Part shown: positions 62,259-64,000 of the stretch, in pieces | Position numbering within the stretch: position 1 is the stretch's first letter | How the letters are laid out: each line of letters begins with the position of its first letter | Origin: Felis catus | Lineage: Eukaryota | Length of the DNA stretch: 64,000 bases | Direction: 5' to 3' | Assembly (NCBI RefSeq): GCF_018350175.1 | Contig: NC_058368.1 | Span: forward strand, 230,766,001-230,830,000 | Notes under the pieces: generated by a model | Database searches by the model: none | Seen by the model: only the letters and a program-made list of their open reading frames with translations | Told to the model about the DNA's origin: nothing | Translations under genes and position numbers: made by a program

Positions 62259-63098
62259 TGGAGCGGGCACTGGGGGACCCTGCCCAGCTCCTCCTTACGG
62301 GCTGGTGGGCGCACCCATCCCCCCACTGCTGAGAAGAATGCTGCCTGGTGTTATGGGGTGAATCGTGTTTTTCCTCCCCCCCCCCAAATGCCCCCGTTGC
62401 ACACCTAACCCCAGTACCTCGTATTGTGACTTTCTTGGAGACGGGTCCTTACAGAGGTGATCAAGTTAAAATGAAGTCATTAGGGTGGGCCCTAACCCCG
62501 TATGACTTGCTTCCTCATAGAAAGGAGACACAGACACGGAGAGGGAGGATGAGGCGAGGAGACGCAGGAGAAGGCGGCCCTGCTCAGGCCGCTGAGAAAA
62601 GCCTGGAACGGATCCTGCCTCACCACCCTCAGAAGGGACCAGCCCTGCAGACACATTGATTTGGCCTTCAGAACCGGAAGACAGTAAATGTCTGTTGTGG
62701 AAGCTTCTGGTCTGCGGCTCTTTGACGATAACCCCATGACACGACTGCGGGGGGTAACTCGCTCCTGTTCCTTCTCCTGAGCATCCCTGCTGTCCTGGCG
62801 GATGTCACCCCGCCTGGCCACCCCCCACGGCCAGTGATCGGTGGCCATGGAAAGACAAAAGCCCAGCCTTCTTGCCTCAGAAGAAACCAACTGTGGGACA
62901 TGACTCATGCTTCAGGGCCTCCCGTGGGATCGGGCTGAGGCTGGCCTCCAGTGGAGCCCACACCCTCGCTTAGCTGCCCCCATGCCCCACTTCGTCCCCA
63001 GATGCCTTGCTCCCTTGTCCCGAGAGCACTTCTTCAATCAACCCCCTGCACCAGCCTCCCCATATCAGGCTCTGCTTCCAGGAGCCGGACTCTAGACG
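62259..63098 (+). mobile_element. ERVL LTR16-like solo LTR split by an MLT1
   Basis: 5' ccctgcccagctcc..; 3' cccgtgggatcgggctgaggc..cccgagagcact..tcaggctctgcttcc. Confidence 0.65.
62349..62748 (+). mobile_element. MaLR LTR (MLT1B-like)
   Basis: tgttatggggtgaatcgtgt..aagttaaaatgaagtcattagggtgggccctaa..ccctcagaagggaccagccctgc. Confidence 0.85.
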
Positions 63099-63236
63099 CT
63101 TAGCAGCTGAGTGAGAGTGTCTGGGTGGGTGGGGTCTTTCCAGCACTCACCCCAACGTCACATCATCCCCACCTCCGCGTCTCCAGCTTGACTTCCTTCC
63201 TCCCAGAAACCTCATGGCTTTGACAGCCAGGACACT

Positions 63237-63269
63237 AGAAATCCAACAGAAATCCAACAGAAATCCAAC
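63237..63269. repeat. 3 x 11-bp perfect tandem repeat
   Basis: agaaatccaac x3. Confidence 0.9.
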
Positions 63270-64000
63270 ACCATCGGGCATGTGCCAGGGACACAGAGCA
63301 CCCCCACCTCTCCGCTGAGCCACAAAGCAGAGCCCCAGGGACGCCAGCCCATTTTACTCCCCACTGAATTGCCACATTGCTGCTATGGCTCCTTCCCCCT
63401 TTTTTCAGCTTCGCGATGCATTTTAATGTGCCGCTGTGCCGGGGATGCCTGGGGATCATTAGAGAAGCTATTCAAGTCCCCGCGAGCAAGCCTCGCTAAT
63501 GGACAGATGAAGGGGAAAAGAAAGAAAAAAGAAAAGAAAAGGTGAGGGGCGAATCTTACTGGTTTAAGATTCGCTAGGGGAAGCATCCACCCGTTTTCCC
63601 ACCAGATTCACGTGGCTAACAGGTTTATCTCCCAGTTTTCTCTTGCAGTGAGAAGAAAGTGTTCTCTCTCAGTTTGCAGGCGTTTGGGGGGAGAGGTGTG
63701 ACTTTTGTGTTTTGTTTTCTTATTATTTTTCCTAACCTTTGATTGAGTGCCTCGCTCGAGTCCGGCCCCAAAAGCACATGGGAAGGGAGAGATTATATAA
63801 ATCACTTTCCCTTTGATTGTGTTCCAGCAGATCCAGGCAAACCCACACTTACGACTTACAAATGGTTTCCACGTGTCCGCAGAGTAGATGGTTTTCAGGG
63901 CGTACGCGTGCCCTTGGAAGCCTGCTGCTCCCTGCTGAAAACCGCTGTTCACTCTCTACTGAAGCATCGCAAAGGCAAGTCAATCCAGAGTAAAAAGACT

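Overview
Mammalian (felid) nuclear DNA, not prokaryotic. About 30 tRNA-derived carnivore CanSINEs, several of the young cat-lineage type with intact target-site duplications (TSDs), sit among old L1, L2, MIR, MaLR/ERVL LTR and DNA-transposon relics, microsatellites and one 61-bp minisatellite. I cannot confidently identify any protein-coding gene; the supplied ORFs are mostly repeat-derived or chance. Splice signals, CpG retention and repeat orientation tentatively suggest two minus-strand units. One would end near 25.2 kb (candidate exons 45203-45342, 31283-31296, 25492-25521 and <=25325), followed by an LTR-dense spacer at 18-25 kb. The other would start in a CpG-rich region at 16.2-17.7 kb (candidate exons 12976-13158 and 2141-2398). 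The best-supported curiosities are transposition fossils: a tail-less SINE with a perfect TSD, a SINE inserted into another SINE's TSD, a four-level nested insertion, a twin-primed L1 with a duplicated 3' end, and a triplet difference between paired TSD copies. Repeat family names come from recalled consensus similarity, not from a search; boundaries of old repeats are approximate.
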